Source: Octopus vulgaris
Taxonomy: Eukaryota
Direction: 5' to 3'
Length of the DNA: 64,000 nt
Assembly (NCBI GenBank): GCA_951406725.2
Contig: OX597821.1
Coordinates: 98,704,001 to 98,768,000, forward strand
Shown here: positions 63,696 to 64,000 of the stretch, one piece after another
How the letters are laid out: each line of letters opens with the position of its first letter
How positions within the stretch are numbered: position 1 is the stretch's first letter
Translations under genes and position numbers: made by a program
Notes under the pieces: generated by a model
The model's input: the letters and a program-made list of their open reading frames with translations, nothing else
Databases searched by the model: none
Told to the model about the DNA's origin: nothing

Positions 63696-64000
63696 GTATA
63701 CACGTACATTGCTGTATAATACATATGCATGCATACATGTAAGCAAATTCACATGCTCATGAACATACAAGAATATATATGTGAGTGTGCACATATGTAC
63801 ATGTACACATACATAGACGTGTGGGCAAACACACACAAACACGCATGAATACATGGATGCAATGCCATTCTGTACCTGCATACGCATATTGCACATACAT
63901 GTTTGTGTGCAAAGGTATATAGTATACTCTCTATACTCTTTTACTTGTTTCAGTCATTTGACTGCAGCCATGCTGGAGCACCGCCTTTAATCGAGCAACT

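Overview
This is AT-rich, repeat-saturated animal genomic DNA. The SINE families, microsatellite load and LINE types point to an octopus or other coleoid cephalopod; this is inferred from repeat content, not from a database search. One host gene is clearly recognisable: the first coding exon of a KLF6/KLF7 (Drosophila luna-type) Kruppel-like factor at 33355-33456 (+). It has a motif-rich promoter and a first intron that appears to run past the window end. A second housekeeping-type promoter (NRF1/ETS motifs) next to a folded ~110-nt segment lies near 27.6-27.8 kb. Most other recognisable sequence is mobile DNA: CORE- and Nin-domain tRNA SINEs; RTE, Tx1/L1, HERO, R4/Dong and CRE LINE relics; Penelope-like elements; Tc1/mariner, hAT and piggyBac-type MITEs; and Helitron relics. 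The best leads are (1) a permuted hammerhead-like RNA in the 3' UTR of a HERO LINE, (2) a Nin-SINE sharing its 3' end with a Tx1 LINE, (3) several local fold-back duplications, two carrying hammerhead remnants, and (4) nested insertions with readable target-site duplications (TSDs). Most ORFs in the supplied track are microsatellite or transposon artefacts. Coordinates of degenerate elements are approximate.
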